From the IMG/VR virus record IMGVR_UViG_3300044816_000047, positions 1 to 61,835 of that record: a stretch of 61,835 nt of DNA; one strand, written 5' to 3'. Below are positions 18,640 through 29,202 of this stretch, one piece after another. The notes below the pieces were generated by a model, which was not told where the DNA came from, did no database searches, and was given only the letters and a program-made list of their open reading frames with translations. The stretch is from a virus. Its lineage: Duplodnaviria; Caudoviricetes. The position numbers and the translations under genes were made by a program. Each line of letters opens with the position of its first letter. Within the stretch, counting starts at the first letter, position 1.

Positions 18640-21600
18640 TCACTTCTCCACAGTCGTCCCGTCCTGCGAAGAAGCAGAACGTGCCTTCAGCCATTTTTCG
18701 AGCGCTTTAAGGCCAGCTATGTTGACGGCGTAGATCGCGTCTTGGCCGCCGTTTATGAATCTGCGAAAGTCCCAATATGGAGAGGCTTCAAAATTCCTCG
18801 CCTGCGGGCCGCCGGCCGTTGTGCAGTAGTAATTTCGGTAAGCGGTCTTCAATGAGCCCTTGGGCCTTCCGATGGCATGGTGCATGTCGTCGAAATCTTC
18901 ATCAGTTAGGGTCACGGCTTTCCTCCCACAGGAATGCCTACCCTGCGCTGCACGATGTAGGTTTTGCCGTCTGGTCGTTGAAGGTCGCAGCGATCGGTAT
19001 CCTTGATCTGGTCCTCATTGCCGGTGTACTCGAGATCCTTCTGCTTGGGATCGACGCCACGGATATCCCATTGCATCGCGATCTTCTTCGGCAGTTTGAT
19101 CTCGCACTTGCCGTTGGCACTGTCATAATCTCGGTCGCGCACAAAAAACTTGCATGAGCCGCATGTATTCGGCTCCGCGCTGCAACCGACCGCCAATGTT
19201 ATTTCACTTGGCATCGGCGCTCTCCTGGGGTGACGGAGGGGCTGCATTTAGCGCCTTCAGTACATCGCTCAACTCCCTACACTCAACGCCGTCTACTAAA
19301 TAGGTGGTCTTGTGGATTTGCTTGACCTTGCGAGAGTGACCATCACCACTCTTGATGACCGCGAGACGAGGATAAGTCGTGCTCTGGTAATGATTCTCAT
19401 AGGCACCGTGCGCCATGTCGAGACACAGCGTTCCGCGAAATTTGGCGTTAGCCTTGAGGTCCGCCAACGTGATTGGCTCACTCGCTGTCACAGGAGATGA
19501 CGGGTTAGCGGTATCGGTCATAGTGATCCTCCTCGGCGCGGCCGCGGGCGTCGGCCTCCTGTTCGCGCATTGCGTATTGCGTATTGAGCCTGTCGCGAGC
19601 ACTCTCTTGCGCCACAATGCTCAATGTCGCCGTGGTAATGTTCATAAACGCCAAGTTCTTCACCGCACCAAAAACAATGCTGCATCCGCTTCATGTGGCA
19701 TTCCCTCCCTAGCTCGCAAAAAAGACAAAAGCTAAAAGCCCTACCAACCAACTATTGTTGTCGGTCCAGATCGCCATCGGGATTGCGCCGACGAGGGCGA
19801 TAAGCATTACGGTCATGAACAGCCAGACAGATATTTTGGCCCACAGGTCGGTCATGACTTGCTCCCGTCAGGCCCATACCTGCGCAGCGGGCTTTTGATC
19901 GTGATCGGGCGCCGAGTCGGCCGGTCTGATTTGGGCCGCCGCACGCGCTTGCGCTTGACCATTTCGCGGGGGTAGAGCTTCACGGCTTGCGCTCCATCGC
20001 ATCTGCGATACGTTCAACAGCCGTCACAAAGCGATCTACCATATCCAATGTCATGGTCATTTCGGTGCGCTGCCGCATCATCAAGTCCATATCTTTCAAC
20101 TTGTCGCGCTCAGCTTTGCGGGCTTCGTATTGCTCTTTCGGGGTCATGTCGCACCGTCGCTTTTGGGGGAGGAGAATGGCGATGCCTTCATCGGCTCGAC
20201 TTCGACCAAGGTCAGTACGCACCAATTCCAATCATTGCGCTGGCGGATAGCAATCGCTACGGGCTGGTTTTTGTGCCATAGCGTCGTGATGTTGCTGTCT
20301 GTCACGTTCTGGCAAGTGATCTCCGACCCCGGCTTTCCTTTGAGACCGAGCTTGTTAACAATCGCTTCCATCCACATCTGGCCGATGCTCGCCACTTCTA
20401 TTTCGTCCATAGCCATCATTTGCTGGACTTTACTCATGGGCGTTCTGCCGATGTGATCGCGAGGGCCGGCAAGTCAGCGATTGGATGCCAGTGTGTTGCC
20501 GTGTGGCCGCACCATCGCAACATCTCGCTCTCGTCAAAGCCGTCCATGCGTTTGTCCAGCCAACGGGCTTTGCCATCGGTGCAGACCACTACGTCATCAA
20601 GGGCTGGGATTTCCGTCTTCAAGTCGATCCAGCCCAAGCCCTCCGCTGCGGCCTTGGCATATTGGGTGCGTCCTGTGTCCATGTCAGCGATGTTGTCCAT
20701 CGCGATCCATGCGAGTTCGGTTCGATCTTCGATGTTCATGCCGCAGGCTCCCCGTCACCCTTAACAACTGGCAGGGCCTCAAACCGACCGTCTTCAAATT
20801 CTTCCTCCCAACGGACCCAGTATTTGCCATCGTCGCAGCGGTAAACGATCATCGTAAAGCCTTCGATCACGTCACGATCTGCTTGCAATTCGGCTCGGCA
20901 AATTTCGGTGTAGGTTGATCCGCGCTTCTTGTGCCGCCAACGACGGGGCAGTTGCTTGTCCTCGACCGGAACGCGAGCGTCCTCGTATTCGTTGACCGTT
21001 ACCGGGCCAGTCTCAATCATCTCGCTTGCCCCTTGGGAGAGGGCGCGAACTTCGGTGGCAATTCGAACTTGGTCGAAAATTTGCAAGGCCACAGCAAGCC
21101 CGCTCGCGCGGCCAGCCTGCCAACTTCGATCACTCCATCCGCTGGTCGTTTTCGCAATTTCTCCCCATTTGCCGTTTTCTTCGTTGTGCGCCGCCGCCAA
21201 CTTCGCGCGGATATCGTCGATCTCCTGCTGCAACGCTTGAAACGTCGGGCAAACCCCAACCGACAGCGCGTCTTCATGGCAGCACTCGGATTCGATCTTC
21301 TCCCGCGCCCCATCCTGTAGCGCGATGCCTGCGGATTCAAAGTCGCAAATCATCGCCGCGTAGTTCCGTCGCGACCATCCGCCCTCAGTGTAATTCGGGC
21401 CGGTTGCTGGCGGCTCTTTCGGCCAAGCCTGTAGCGGTGCGGCGAGGGCGGCCTCCAGCGCGAAGCGAGCGGAATCCCGGAAGGCGTTAGCATTAGGCTT
21501 TGGAACATCTTCCCATTGTGGCGGCGTGCCGTCCCAATGTTGCCCGCGCTCATACATAGCCCGCGCGCCAGCCTCGATCTGCGCAGGGGTCGGCTTTAAT

Positions 21601-21740
21601 TGGGCAGGACGGGAAGGGCGGGAAGGGCGGTCCTCGCGCGGCGTATCCCGGTATTGCCCGCACTTCATGCAGCGCTGGTTTTGTCCGTCCGTCTCCGGCC
21701 AGATTTTCCAGTCGTGCTCGCAGGGTTGGTTGGCGGTCAT
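18640..21740 (-). CDS. Early-left accessory ORFs (18640-18915, 18912-19247, 19204-19521, 19980-20147, 20144-20437, 20434-20739 DUF551-like, 20736-21740 mosaic protein)
   Basis: Chain of overlapping minus-strand ORFs; THWHPI and RWRHKKRGSTY motifs seen in phage early proteins. Confidence 0.55.
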
Positions 21741-22432
21741 CGCGCTGCCTCCAGCATGTAACCAAGAACTTCCGCCATTACTGGCGGGTTGCTGTCGCCT
21801 AAAGCTTCGATTGTTTCCCGTCGCTCAAGCACGTCTTCGGAGCGCCAAGTATCCATATCGAAAGCCGGGATGGAATCCGGGTGCCAATCACCTCGGGCCA
21901 GGGCTGCCCCCTTGGCGCGCTCAATCGCTTGTGGTCCCGCTTGCCAGGCGATCTCCAGTCTCGGCAGACTGGTGCAGGCAATAAGGTACACTCGCCGGCG
22001 CGGATAAGGTGCACCAACATCCGCAGCGCCGAAGACAAATCTGGCGACGTGGTAGCCAGCTCGTGAAAGGTGGTTAGAGACCTGCGTCTCCCACGCATCG
22101 TTTCCGGGCGGCTGCTCCACGATAAACCATTCGACACCGGCATTGAGCCCCGCGCATAGCATGTAGGGCCAGAGAGAAAGGCCGGTCCGATTGCCACTGA
22201 TGGCGGCGCCGACGCTGGTTTGCTGGCAGGGCGGTCCTCCAAAAATAACATCCGCTGGAATGGCGGGCAGGGTGCGGATGTCGTCATAGATCGGTATCTC
22301 CGGGTAGAGCCACGCAAGTTCCTGCTGTCGCCTAGTTTTGGACTCGCAGAAAGCAACAGTTTCGAACTCGCCGGCACGGGCCAAGCCGAGCGCGTGGAAG
22401 CCAATACATGAGAAGACATCCAGCACGCGCAT
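21737..22432 (-). CDS. C5 cytosine DNA methyltransferase (orphan, short)
   Basis: LDVFSCIG (motif I), GGPPCQ (IV), VEQP (VI variant), RRRVY (VIII), LGDS (X). Confidence 0.85.
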   Translation of the reverse strand: MRVLDVFSCIGFHALGLARAGEFETVAFCESKTRRQQELAWLYPEIPIYDDIRTLPAIPADVIFGGPPCQQTSVGAAISGNRTGLSLWPYMLCAGLNAGVEWFIVEQPPGNDAWETQVSNHLSRAGYHVARFVFGAADVGAPYPRRRVYLIACTSLPRLEIAWQAGPQAIERAKGAALARGDWHPDSIPAFDMDTWRSEDVLERRETIEALGDSNPPVMAEVLGYMLEAAR

Positions 22433-22947
22433 CAGTTTCTTTCCGCAGCCGTTAAAGGAAGTGCCTTCGCTCGTTTCGCCATTTTCCGCTCCCGGCGATC
22501 CTTCGCCGCAATGATGGTTGCTAGATCACTGGGCAGGGGCGACGACCGCCGATCGCGAAGGCGGCCCCATGCTTCGGAGATTTCCTCGATGGTGCAGGGC
22601 CGACCGATGCGTCCAATGACGGCGATGATAGTTTCTTCAACATCGACCGATATTCCGCGAAGGCGCGGGCGTCCTCGCCGGTCAGTCTCAGGAAGGTGGT
22701 ACGGTATTGCCCATTTTCCCATGTAATCCCTGACAGCCGGGTCATTGACCTTGGGGCCAAGGGACCAATATCGCCCGTTAATCCGCTTCTCTGATTTGAA
22801 GTATTCATGTTTTTCCGCTCGCTTCAGCATCCGGTCGATGCGGGCATTTTGCCGATGATCGTAACAAAGACGGTAGGGCGCAGCCTCTTTGCCGCAGAGC
22901 GGGCATTGCCCTGCTAGAATCCGCTGCTGCTGAAGAGGTGTTTTCAT
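22432..22947 (-). CDS. Zn-finger-containing hypothetical protein
   Basis: CPLC...CYDH; basic. Confidence 0.55.
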   Translation of the reverse strand: MKTPLQQQRILAGQCPLCGKEAAPYRLCYDHRQNARIDRMLKRAEKHEYFKSEKRINGRYWSLGPKVNDPAVRDYMGKWAIPYHLPETDRRGRPRLRGISVDVEETIIAVIGRIGRPCTIEEISEAWGRLRDRRSSPLPSDLATIIAAKDRRERKMAKRAKALPLTAAERN

Positions 22948-22965
22948 CGCCCTAGTTTCATTCGC

Positions 22966-23304
22966 TCAGAGAGAACGCTGATACGCGCGGGCGCGTTCGA
23001 GCGCTCCACCGAACGTGTGCGGACTTCGCGAAAGTACGGTGAAGCGCACGTCACGACCGGAACCAAAGATTTGACGCGCAGTCTGCGTGTAGCTTGATTT
23101 ATCCCAGTTGCCGGACGCCTTATCTGGTGCCCCAGTCCATGGGATATCGATGTCGGACATATATTGGCCGAGCAGGCACCGTCCCTCGCACTCCATAAAC
23201 TGATAGCACCCTTTCGGGTCTTTCGTTTCAAGCCACGCGATAAAGCCGGCGAGCGAAACGTCAGCGGTAATGAATTTGGCATCCCACTTCTTGTCGTAAA
23301 GCAT
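22966..23304 (-). CDS. Hypothetical protein (separated from its SD by the IS)
   Basis: MLYDKKW...FIAWLET..P...HTFGGALERAR; original SD aagggg now lies beyond the IS at ~25282-25287. Confidence 0.65.
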   Translation of the reverse strand: MLYDKKWDAKFITADVSLAGFIAWLETKDPKGCYQFMECEGRCLLGQYMSDIDIPWTGAPDKASGNWDKSSYTQTARQIFGSGRDVRFTVLSRSPHTFGGALERARAYQRSL

Positions 23305-23327
23305 TGGTCTAAACCATGCCTATCCGG

Positions 23328-23356
23328 TTGACACCCACAACTACTTGTGCTAGAGA
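23328..23356 (+). promoter_or_regulatory. Sigma70-like promoter in the left IR
   Basis: TTGACA-N17-TAGAGA with a TG extension. Confidence 0.6.
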
Positions 23357-23390
23357 ATAGGGCATAAGTTGGAACTCCAAGGAGGTTGTC

Positions 23391-23807
23391 ATGGAAGATA
23401 AATTGATGAGCCCAGCATTGTGGGTAATCCCCGGCGATGGAAACGCTAGAGACGATGGCTCTCTTGATGCGATGGCATGGAGGGAAGGGGAATTTACCCG
23501 CCCTCTTTACGAGGTGCCTTCTCTGATTTCTGAGATCGCATGTCGGCGACGGTTCCAGATAGCGAAGGGCTACGATGCCGCGCATGACGACAAACATGTG
23601 AATGGTGAGATTGCCCTGGCCGCGGCTGCTTATTGTCTGAGCGCCGCGCAGCACCCCGGAAAAGGCATACGCCAGACCCCTACTTGGGTGCCCCCAGCGT
23701 GGCCGTGGCATAGGGAGCAGTTCGATTTTGTAGACGCGAGGTCCAGCCTGCTTGATGCAGCGGCAATGATTATTGCCGAGATTGAGCGATTGGATCGGAA
23801 GGATTGA
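23391..23807 (+). CDS. IS passenger: phage-type helical protein
   Basis: RRRFQ..KGY...HDD.H..GEIA.AAAAY...WPW...LL.AAAMIIAEIERLDR, a family common in phage early regions. Confidence 0.7.
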   Translation: MEDKLMSPALWVIPGDGNARDDGSLDAMAWREGEFTRPLYEVPSLISEIACRRRFQIAKGYDAAHDDKHVNGEIALAAAAYCLSAAQHPGKGIRQTPTWVPPAWPWHREQFDFVDARSSLLDAAAMIIAEIERLDRKD

Positions 23808-23810
23808 GCG

Positions 23811-24848
23811 ATGCCGCCCTATGCCGATGTGCTCAAATGGGAACATCTGCCGTTCCCCAAATCTCTGCCAAGCTTCCAAAAGCTGTTTCCGGATGACGCG
23901 GCTTGCGCCTCTTACTTGGAGCGCGTGCGTTGGGAAAAGGGCTTCGTCTGCCCGCTGTGCGAGGCCAAGGGCGAACCCTACCGCTTCACCGCGCGCCCCG
24001 GCGTGCTGCGCTGTAAGACATGCAGAAACGACACGGCTTTGACGGCCGGAACCGTGATGGAACGGACCCGAACGCCGCTTACGGTATGGTTTTGGGGCGC
24101 GTATCTCGTTGCGAGCATGACACCCGGCCTTTCGGCTATGCAATTTCAGAGGCAGCTTGGCCTTACGCGATACGAAACCGCATTCCAAATCCTGCACAAG
24201 CTGCGCGCGGGAATGGTGCGCCCCGACCGCGACCGGATCGGTGGCGCTATCGGCATCAAGGACCATGTTGAGGTTGACGAAACATGGATTGGTGGCAAGA
24301 CCGTTGGCGAGGGAAAGGGCGTTCATCCCGATCAGTCCTTAGTTATCGCTGCTGTCGAGGTCCGAACCCGGCCCGCCAAGAGGGGCGACAAGCCCATGAG
24401 GCGCGGCGGGCGTTACGCTGGCCGTTTGCGGATGGAGGTTGTCCCCGACCGGACGGCTAAGTCCTTGGTCGGTTTTGTCGAAGCTGCCGTCGCTCCCGGG
24501 GCGATGATCGTCACCGATGCCGCCCCGAGTTACGCCACCCTCACCAAACACGGCTTCGAGCATCTTCCGGTAGTCGAGGCTGGAAATCCGGCTGTCGCCG
24601 AGGAGTATCTTCCGATTGTTCATCTTGTTTTCTCCAATCTAAAAAGTTGGCTTCGAGGCTGCCACCACGGCGTCAGCCCGCAACATCTGCAAGCCTACCT
24701 CAATGAGTTCGCTTTCCGCTTCAATCGCCGGTTTTACCCATTCAACGCCTTCCGTTCGTTGCTCGGCATCGGTTCGGACGCCGAAAGCCCGACCTATGAC
24801 GAACTCTACAGCGGCGAGTGGGAGCATCCGCGTGTCAGTCATGGCTGA
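23811..24848 (+). CDS. tnp: IS1595-family DDE transposase
   Basis: Zn ribbon CPLC...CKTC, VEVDET, IVTD, HHGVSPQHLQAYLNEFAFRFNRR. Confidence 0.95.
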   Translation: MPPYADVLKWEHLPFPKSLPSFQKLFPDDAACASYLERVRWEKGFVCPLCEAKGEPYRFTARPGVLRCKTCRNDTALTAGTVMERTRTPLTVWFWGAYLVASMTPGLSAMQFQRQLGLTRYETAFQILHKLRAGMVRPDRDRIGGAIGIKDHVEVDETWIGGKTVGEGKGVHPDQSLVIAAVEVRTRPAKRGDKPMRRGGRYAGRLRMEVVPDRTAKSLVGFVEAAVAPGAMIVTDAAPSYATLTKHGFEHLPVVEAGNPAVAEEYLPIVHLVFSNLKSWLRGCHHGVSPQHLQAYLNEFAFRFNRRFYPFNAFRSLLGIGSDAESPTYDELYSGEWEHPRVSHG

Positions 24849-24895
24849 GCTTTCCGGGTTCGCCCTCACCGCAAAGTATATCGCCCTTATCTCTT

Positions 24896-25203
24896 TCATC
24901 CATTGTGGTTCACTCCATCTCCGACTTTGCCGCAATCTGCGCAGACTCCACCCACGTCATAGCGGAACCACCCTATGGTCGGAGACTCGCGGTGTGCATA
25001 GCGCCACCAGCAGCGGATACGTTTGATGTGCTGCATGATGCTCATGCTCGCCTCACTTCGGCTGCGGCAACTACGCCCGCTGAAAAAATAAGGACCGTCC
25101 AAACAGCGGTCGGAAAGTCGGAAAGGCCGCTATGACCCAGTAAATCCAGAGCGCGACCAATGCAAAGCCACAAAATTGCAAGTATTGTAAGTTTTTTCAG
25201 CAT
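24896..25203 (-). CDS. Two small IS passenger ORFs (53-aa two-TM protein; 49-aa Cys/His protein)
   Basis: MLKKLTILAILWLCIG... (SD gagga) ATGA-coupled to MSIMQHIKRIRCWWRYAH...CADCGK. Confidence 0.5.
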
Positions 25204-25309
25204 GGGGTTCCTCGATGTTCGCTTCAGTCATTTATCTATTCCTTGACGTTGTGGGTTACAACCGGATAAGCACGGTCTAAACCCCTTATTTAGTACGGTT
25301 TCGGCTGTC

Positions 25310-25801
25310 TCAGATGACAGGATATGCCTTCGACTTGTTTTGAAGGTTACTCAGAAACTCCCACGCGGTCCGAGCCCATCTGGCGTCAGCTAAGGCGTGG
25401 TGTTCGGCCCCGTCCTGTTCCGGCAGTTTCGGATTGTTGAGGTCGTCGCAAAACTGCTTCACGTCGCGGCAATACATCGGCCAGTCTTTCGGGAGATCGA
25501 TCATGCGGCCGTAAAGCTGGCAGAGCGCTACCCAATCATAATCGGCGTAATAGGCCCAGAACTCGGGTTTCTCGCCTACAAAGGCCAGAACCTTAGGCCC
25601 GATTTCCTCGCGGGCAACGCCATGTTTTACGAGATCAAGATAGACGATGACATTTTCCTGCACCCAATCGTTGGCGCTGGAATAATCGGCACTTAGGTTT
25701 TCGAGGTACAGCGTTTCGCCATCCTCTCGCACCATGCCGATGCTGATTAGGTCGATCGTCTTGCCATCTTCGATAAACTCGGTATCAAACCAGATTTTCA
25801 T
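25310..25801 (-). CDS. DEDDh 3'-5' exoribonuclease (Rv2179c-like)
   Basis: FDTEFIEDG..IDLISIGMV...YYADYDWV...HHALADARW. Confidence 0.85.
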   Translation of the reverse strand: MKIWFDTEFIEDGKTIDLISIGMVREDGETLYLENLSADYSSANDWVQENVIVYLDLVKHGVAREEIGPKVLAFVGEKPEFWAYYADYDWVALCQLYGRMIDLPKDWPMYCRDVKQFCDDLNNPKLPEQDGAEHHALADARWARTAWEFLSNLQNKSKAYPVI

Positions 25802-25804
25802 GGG

Positions 25805-26218
25805 TTATGTCCTGTCATGGATTGAGACGGAAACTGCTCTGTGTGAGCCGATTATTCCTTCCGCGATTTCGTCGTCTCCGGTGCATGCGAACAGCGCCAG
25901 CGCAAGCCCGAACGGATCAATGCGACGTGCTGCCCACCACTTGAGTTCGTTGTGCTTGTGTTGATCTGCGTGGCACCCAGTACACAGCGGAAGCGTCCAC
26001 TTGTCAGAGGACTTTTGCTGACCGCCAGCTGGCGCCTTCCCATGTAGCGGGCTCTCCGAGCGGATATGCGCGGCTTCGACGTTCCGTGATCCGCAGATGC
26101 AGCAAGGCAATCCGCGAATAAACTTCAAATGTGCGGCGTCCTCAATGCGCGGGCACTTCTGCTTGGTTGAGGCAACCGAGAAGGCTGTAGCAGGGCGGAT
26201 GATCTTTTGTGCCCTCAT
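25805..26218 (-). CDS. DUF968 / HNH-like nuclease
   Basis: HLKFIRGLPCCICG...EAAHIR...SDKWTLPLCTGCHADQH. Confidence 0.8.
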   Translation of the reverse strand: MRAQKIIRPATAFSVASTKQKCPRIEDAAHLKFIRGLPCCICGSRNVEAAHIRSESPLHGKAPAGGQQKSSDKWTLPLCTGCHADQHKHNELKWWAARRIDPFGLALALFACTGDDEIAEGIIGSHRAVSVSIHDRT

Positions 26219-26721
26219 GCCGCTTCCGCCTCCGCAAGTTCCTTAGTCTCGACTCCGAGCAGCTTCGCTATCACATCCATGATGTCGGACTTGCTCTTCT
26301 GGAACTCGGCGCCACCCATTGCTCGTTTCGACTGACTCTTGGCGGTGTACCGGGTCACGGTCGGGCCTTGCGTGACGACAACGGCGAACTCGTCGATCGG
26401 GCGGATGAAAGCCGCAACCCGCAATGCCTCAGCCTTCGACGAGCAGACAATCGTGTGACTGTCGCTATAGCCGGCGCGGATCAGTGCCCATTTGCGAAGA
26501 TGCTCGGACGAGGGGAATTGATCGCAGAGATGTTCCGGCAGCGTTTTCCATGCCTCGGTCAGCCAAGCGAACTCGTGGCTATGGCTGATCTCGCTCCGCG
26601 GGTAATGCGGAACCAGATTGTAGCGCTCACCAACGACGTACTCCCGGTCAGCGTCGCGAGGGCGCAGGGGTTTCATCACCTCGCCATCCCACGCAAACAT
26701 GATCGGTCGATGGAAGGTCAT
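26215..26721 (-). CDS. NinB-like recombination accessory protein
   Basis: RS..SH...FAWL..AW..LPE...SEHLRKWALI; AKSQS..AM...EFQ; follows YqaJ. Confidence 0.55.
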   Translation of the reverse strand: MTFHRPIMFAWDGEVMKPLRPRDADREYVVGERYNLVPHYPRSEISHSHEFAWLTEAWKTLPEHLCDQFPSSEHLRKWALIRAGYSDSHTIVCSSKAEALRVAAFIRPIDEFAVVVTQGPTVTRYTAKSQSKRAMGGAEFQKSKSDIMDVIAKLLGVETKELAEAEAA

Positions 26722-27356
26722 GCCGCTTCCTTCTCGCCATAGAGGCTGTTCAACTCGGAGAGTTTGACGGCCATTTCCAGAAGGAACGCGGCGATCTCGG
26801 TTTCCAGTTCTTTGATCCGGACGGGATCGCGGAATATGCGCTTAGTGAAAAGTCGCATGTTCTCAGGCATCCGCGGGTCGTAGGACACAAAATCACAATA
26901 AGATCGGCCAGTGCAGGCAAGTTGAAACTGGATCTGCGTTTCGTATTTCCCTGGCACCGATTGGCCGAGCAGCGTTTCGAGGTGAGTTGCAGTCTGGGGA
27001 CATTTTATTTCCACAAGGCAGTCACCTCCGATCAATCCATCTGGAGAACAGCCAGCTTGGTCGATCTTCGGGTGCGGGACGAAGGCGACTTGTTCGACCG
27101 TGACGCCCTGATAGAACTCATAGGCAGCGCGGGCCTCGGGCTCCGTCTCTGTCCCATGCTGCATCGCTGCATTGGTGTAGGATTCCGCCGGGACACCAGT
27201 CAGGCGCTCCGCAATGAGTTGTGCCATGTAGTTTGCACGGCTGGCGCTGTATCCGCTCTTGGTCTTGGCAACCACGTCAGCAACGCGGGAGGCCGTTACC
27301 TTGCCGAGCCGGAGGGCCTTCCACTCGTCCGAGCCTTGGATGATTTGCTCGCTCAT
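26718..27356 (-). CDS. YqaJ / lambda-exonuclease family
   Basis: QGSDEWKALRLGKVTAS, AMQHGTETEP, SPDGL, VEIKCP, QIQFQL. Confidence 0.93.
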   Translation of the reverse strand: MSEQIIQGSDEWKALRLGKVTASRVADVVAKTKSGYSASRANYMAQLIAERLTGVPAESYTNAAMQHGTETEPEARAAYEFYQGVTVEQVAFVPHPKIDQAGCSPDGLIGGDCLVEIKCPQTATHLETLLGQSVPGKYETQIQFQLACTGRSYCDFVSYDPRMPENMRLFTKRIFRDPVRIKELETEIAAFLLEMAVKLSELNSLYGEKEAA

Positions 27357-28120
27357 TGTGCCGATCCCTTTTTCTTGCCGATAGCGACGAGCGCGCGCTG
27401 ATAGTCTTTGGCCGGAAGGTCTGCGATGGCGTCAATCTTGAAGTAGCTGCAAAAGGAATCGGAAAAACCTTCTGCAACTTCCTCGCACTTCGCGGCGAGA
27501 TTTGCTGCCTGCTCAGGCGTGATTGTGCTGGAGTTATCTGACGCCTTCCCATCGTCATCGTTCGACGCGGCGAGGCCGAGCGCGGCTTTGAGTGTCATTC
27601 GCTGCAAATAGGTGAGCGTCGATCCAATCATTTGGATCGGGTTTTTATTGCCACTATCGTCGCGACCGGCGCACAAGGTGTTTTCCTCGAAGTGCCCGTC
27701 GCGATGCGATACAATGCAAGTGACCGACACGGGTTCATTGATGTGCGCCGTGGTCCGGAAGCGGTAAGAAAGGCCATACTTGCCAAGTATCGGGTTGACG
27801 ACGCGGGCGATCTCGCCCAAATCCTCATAGCGGTAGTTCGTGCGACCCTTCGCGGAGGTGAAGTCGACCGTGCGATTTTTGCTGATGTTGGGAATTTCAG
27901 CCTTTGCCGACGCCATCGCGCCATCAAACGCCTTGCGGTTCTCCCTGTCCTCCCATCGTTCGTGCATCGCCATGAAGCGCTCAAGGACTTCAGGCGTGGC
28001 ACCGGAGGACACAGCCCGGTTGAGCATGTCCATTGGCGTGAGGGCAGCCGCGCTAATCGGGTAAGTCGGCGCATCATCCTGCGGCGGGAGAATGGAAACC
28101 TTTTTCATTGCGTCAGACAT
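27353..28120 (-). CDS. erf: ERF-family ssDNA annealing protein
   Basis: YRYEDL...HRDGHFE...QMIGSTLTYLQRMTLKAALGLA..DDDG. Confidence 0.9.
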   Translation of the reverse strand: MSDAMKKVSILPPQDDAPTYPISAAALTPMDMLNRAVSSGATPEVLERFMAMHERWEDRENRKAFDGAMASAKAEIPNISKNRTVDFTSAKGRTNYRYEDLGEIARVVNPILGKYGLSYRFRTTAHINEPVSVTCIVSHRDGHFEENTLCAGRDDSGNKNPIQMIGSTLTYLQRMTLKAALGLAASNDDDGKASDNSSTITPEQAANLAAKCEEVAEGFSDSFCSYFKIDAIADLPAKDYQRALVAIGKKKGSAQ

Positions 28121-28893
28121 GACTTGCGCTCCATAACTTGTCGGACCATTTCAATTTCAATGTCGTATTCGAGACGATCGAGCCGCTTCGCGTATTCTTG
28201 CATCCGCTCGTTCGCTACCAGCGGGCAGGCGCCAGCGCGGCGCTCGGCCGAATAGAAATTCGCAAGTGCGATTTCGCGATCCTGCGCGGTCATGCCATTT
28301 TCCTAATTCTCGCGGCGATGTCCTCAATCGCGGCATTGTAGCCGCGCTGATATTCGTTCTCTGGACGCGGGATACGGTGTATGGTTGCGACCTTGGCGCA
28401 AATCTCGACGGTTGACGCGCTGATGTCTTTCGCGAGCTTTTCCATAATGTCTTGCATCACGCAGCCTCATGCTTGCGCAGGTCGCGCGCGTGATCCCATG
28501 CAACGGTTTGAACACCGACCTCGAAGTCGACATGCGCGGCGTCGCGGGCCTCGGCCCTGATATCTTCGGTGACGTCTTCGATGGAATCGCCGTCGACAAA
28601 CTTGACGAACACCGGGTGCGTGGCCCCGCGATATTCAGCAACAACATCAGCGCGGGTCATCTCGGGACGGACCACGGCCTCAAGGCCGCGGCGCCCAAAA
28701 TCCAGCATTAAAATGTAAAACTGCATCACGCATTCTCCCGCTTGGCGGCGCGCTGGGCGCGGCTGATGACGGTGAGGATGTCGTGCGCGGTCTTGACGTG
28801 GCCCATGATGATCTGGTCATCGGACGGCAAAGACTGGATGAGAGCGGCGCCGAGGTGGGCGATCGCTTCATCGAGGGCGTGCTGGGCAATCAT
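28105..28893 (-). CDS. Small early-left ORFs (28105-28293, 28457-28729, 28726-28893)
   Basis: Overlapping start/stop chain with SD motifs. Confidence 0.55.
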
Positions 28894-28918
28894 CGTGGTC
28901 TCCCGTGGTGATCCGGAA

Positions 28919-29062
28919 TTACTTCGAGGTTCGCTTCGGAGCCGGGCGCTTCTGTTGCGCCGCTTCACGCTCCATCTGACGCATCTCGGCCTTAGCCGCG
29001 GCGCCGTAGGTGGTGCCCTTGCTCGACGCTGGTTTGGTTTCGGATTTGGGGGTCTTCGCCAT
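28919..29062 (-). CDS. Basic microprotein, copy B (47 aa), first gene of the PL transcript
   Basis: SD ggag; MAKTPKSETKPASSKGTTYGAAAKAEMRQMEREAAQQKRPAPKRTSK. Confidence 0.85.
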   Translation of the reverse strand: MAKTPKSETKPASSKGTTYGAAAKAEMRQMEREAAQQKRPAPKRTSK

Positions 29063-29099
29063 CTGATGTCTCCATTGGCTGATCTGAGCCGATGGGGAG

Positions 29100-29150
29100 A
29101 CAATAAGTCGGAAAAATCCGACTGTCAACAGAAAGTCGGAAAAATCCGAC
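29100..29150 (-). promoter_or_regulatory. PL promoter with operators OL1 (29107-29122) and OL2 (29135-29150)
   Basis: TTGACA (29128-29123)-N17-TATTGT (29105-29100); two GTCGGA-N4-TCCGAC palindromes flank the -35. Confidence 0.9.
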
Positions 29151-29169
29151 AAATAGTTTTGGATGTGCT

Positions 29170-29202
29170 AAAACCCTCCTACCGCAGGCGCGGGGAGGGC
29201 TT
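29170..29202 (-). terminator. Terminator of the cI (immunity) transcript
   Basis: Minus strand ccctccccgc...gcggtaggaggg followed by tttt. Confidence 0.55.

Larger units (their letters stand above)
23315..25274 (+). mobile_element. IS1595-family (ISSod11 group) transporter IS, 1,960 bp
   Basis: 27-bp imperfect terminal IRs (CATGCCTATCCGGTTGACACCCACAAC / CGTGCTTATCCGGTTGTAACCCACAAC), 8-bp TSD GTCTAAAC at 23307-23314 and 25275-25282; ends fit nnnGCnTATC. Confidence 0.9.

Noticed and set aside
22944-24326. 460-aa minus-strand ORF (also 41825-43189, 49035-50411, 1057-1995, 45257-46273, 57919-58911)
   Set aside because: Antisense shadows of well-supported genes in GC-rich DNA; the first also crosses the IS boundary.
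25109-25122. GTCGGA half-sites inside the IS as a CI operator
   Set aside because: Direct rather than inverted orientation, wrong spacing, and inside a probable coding region.
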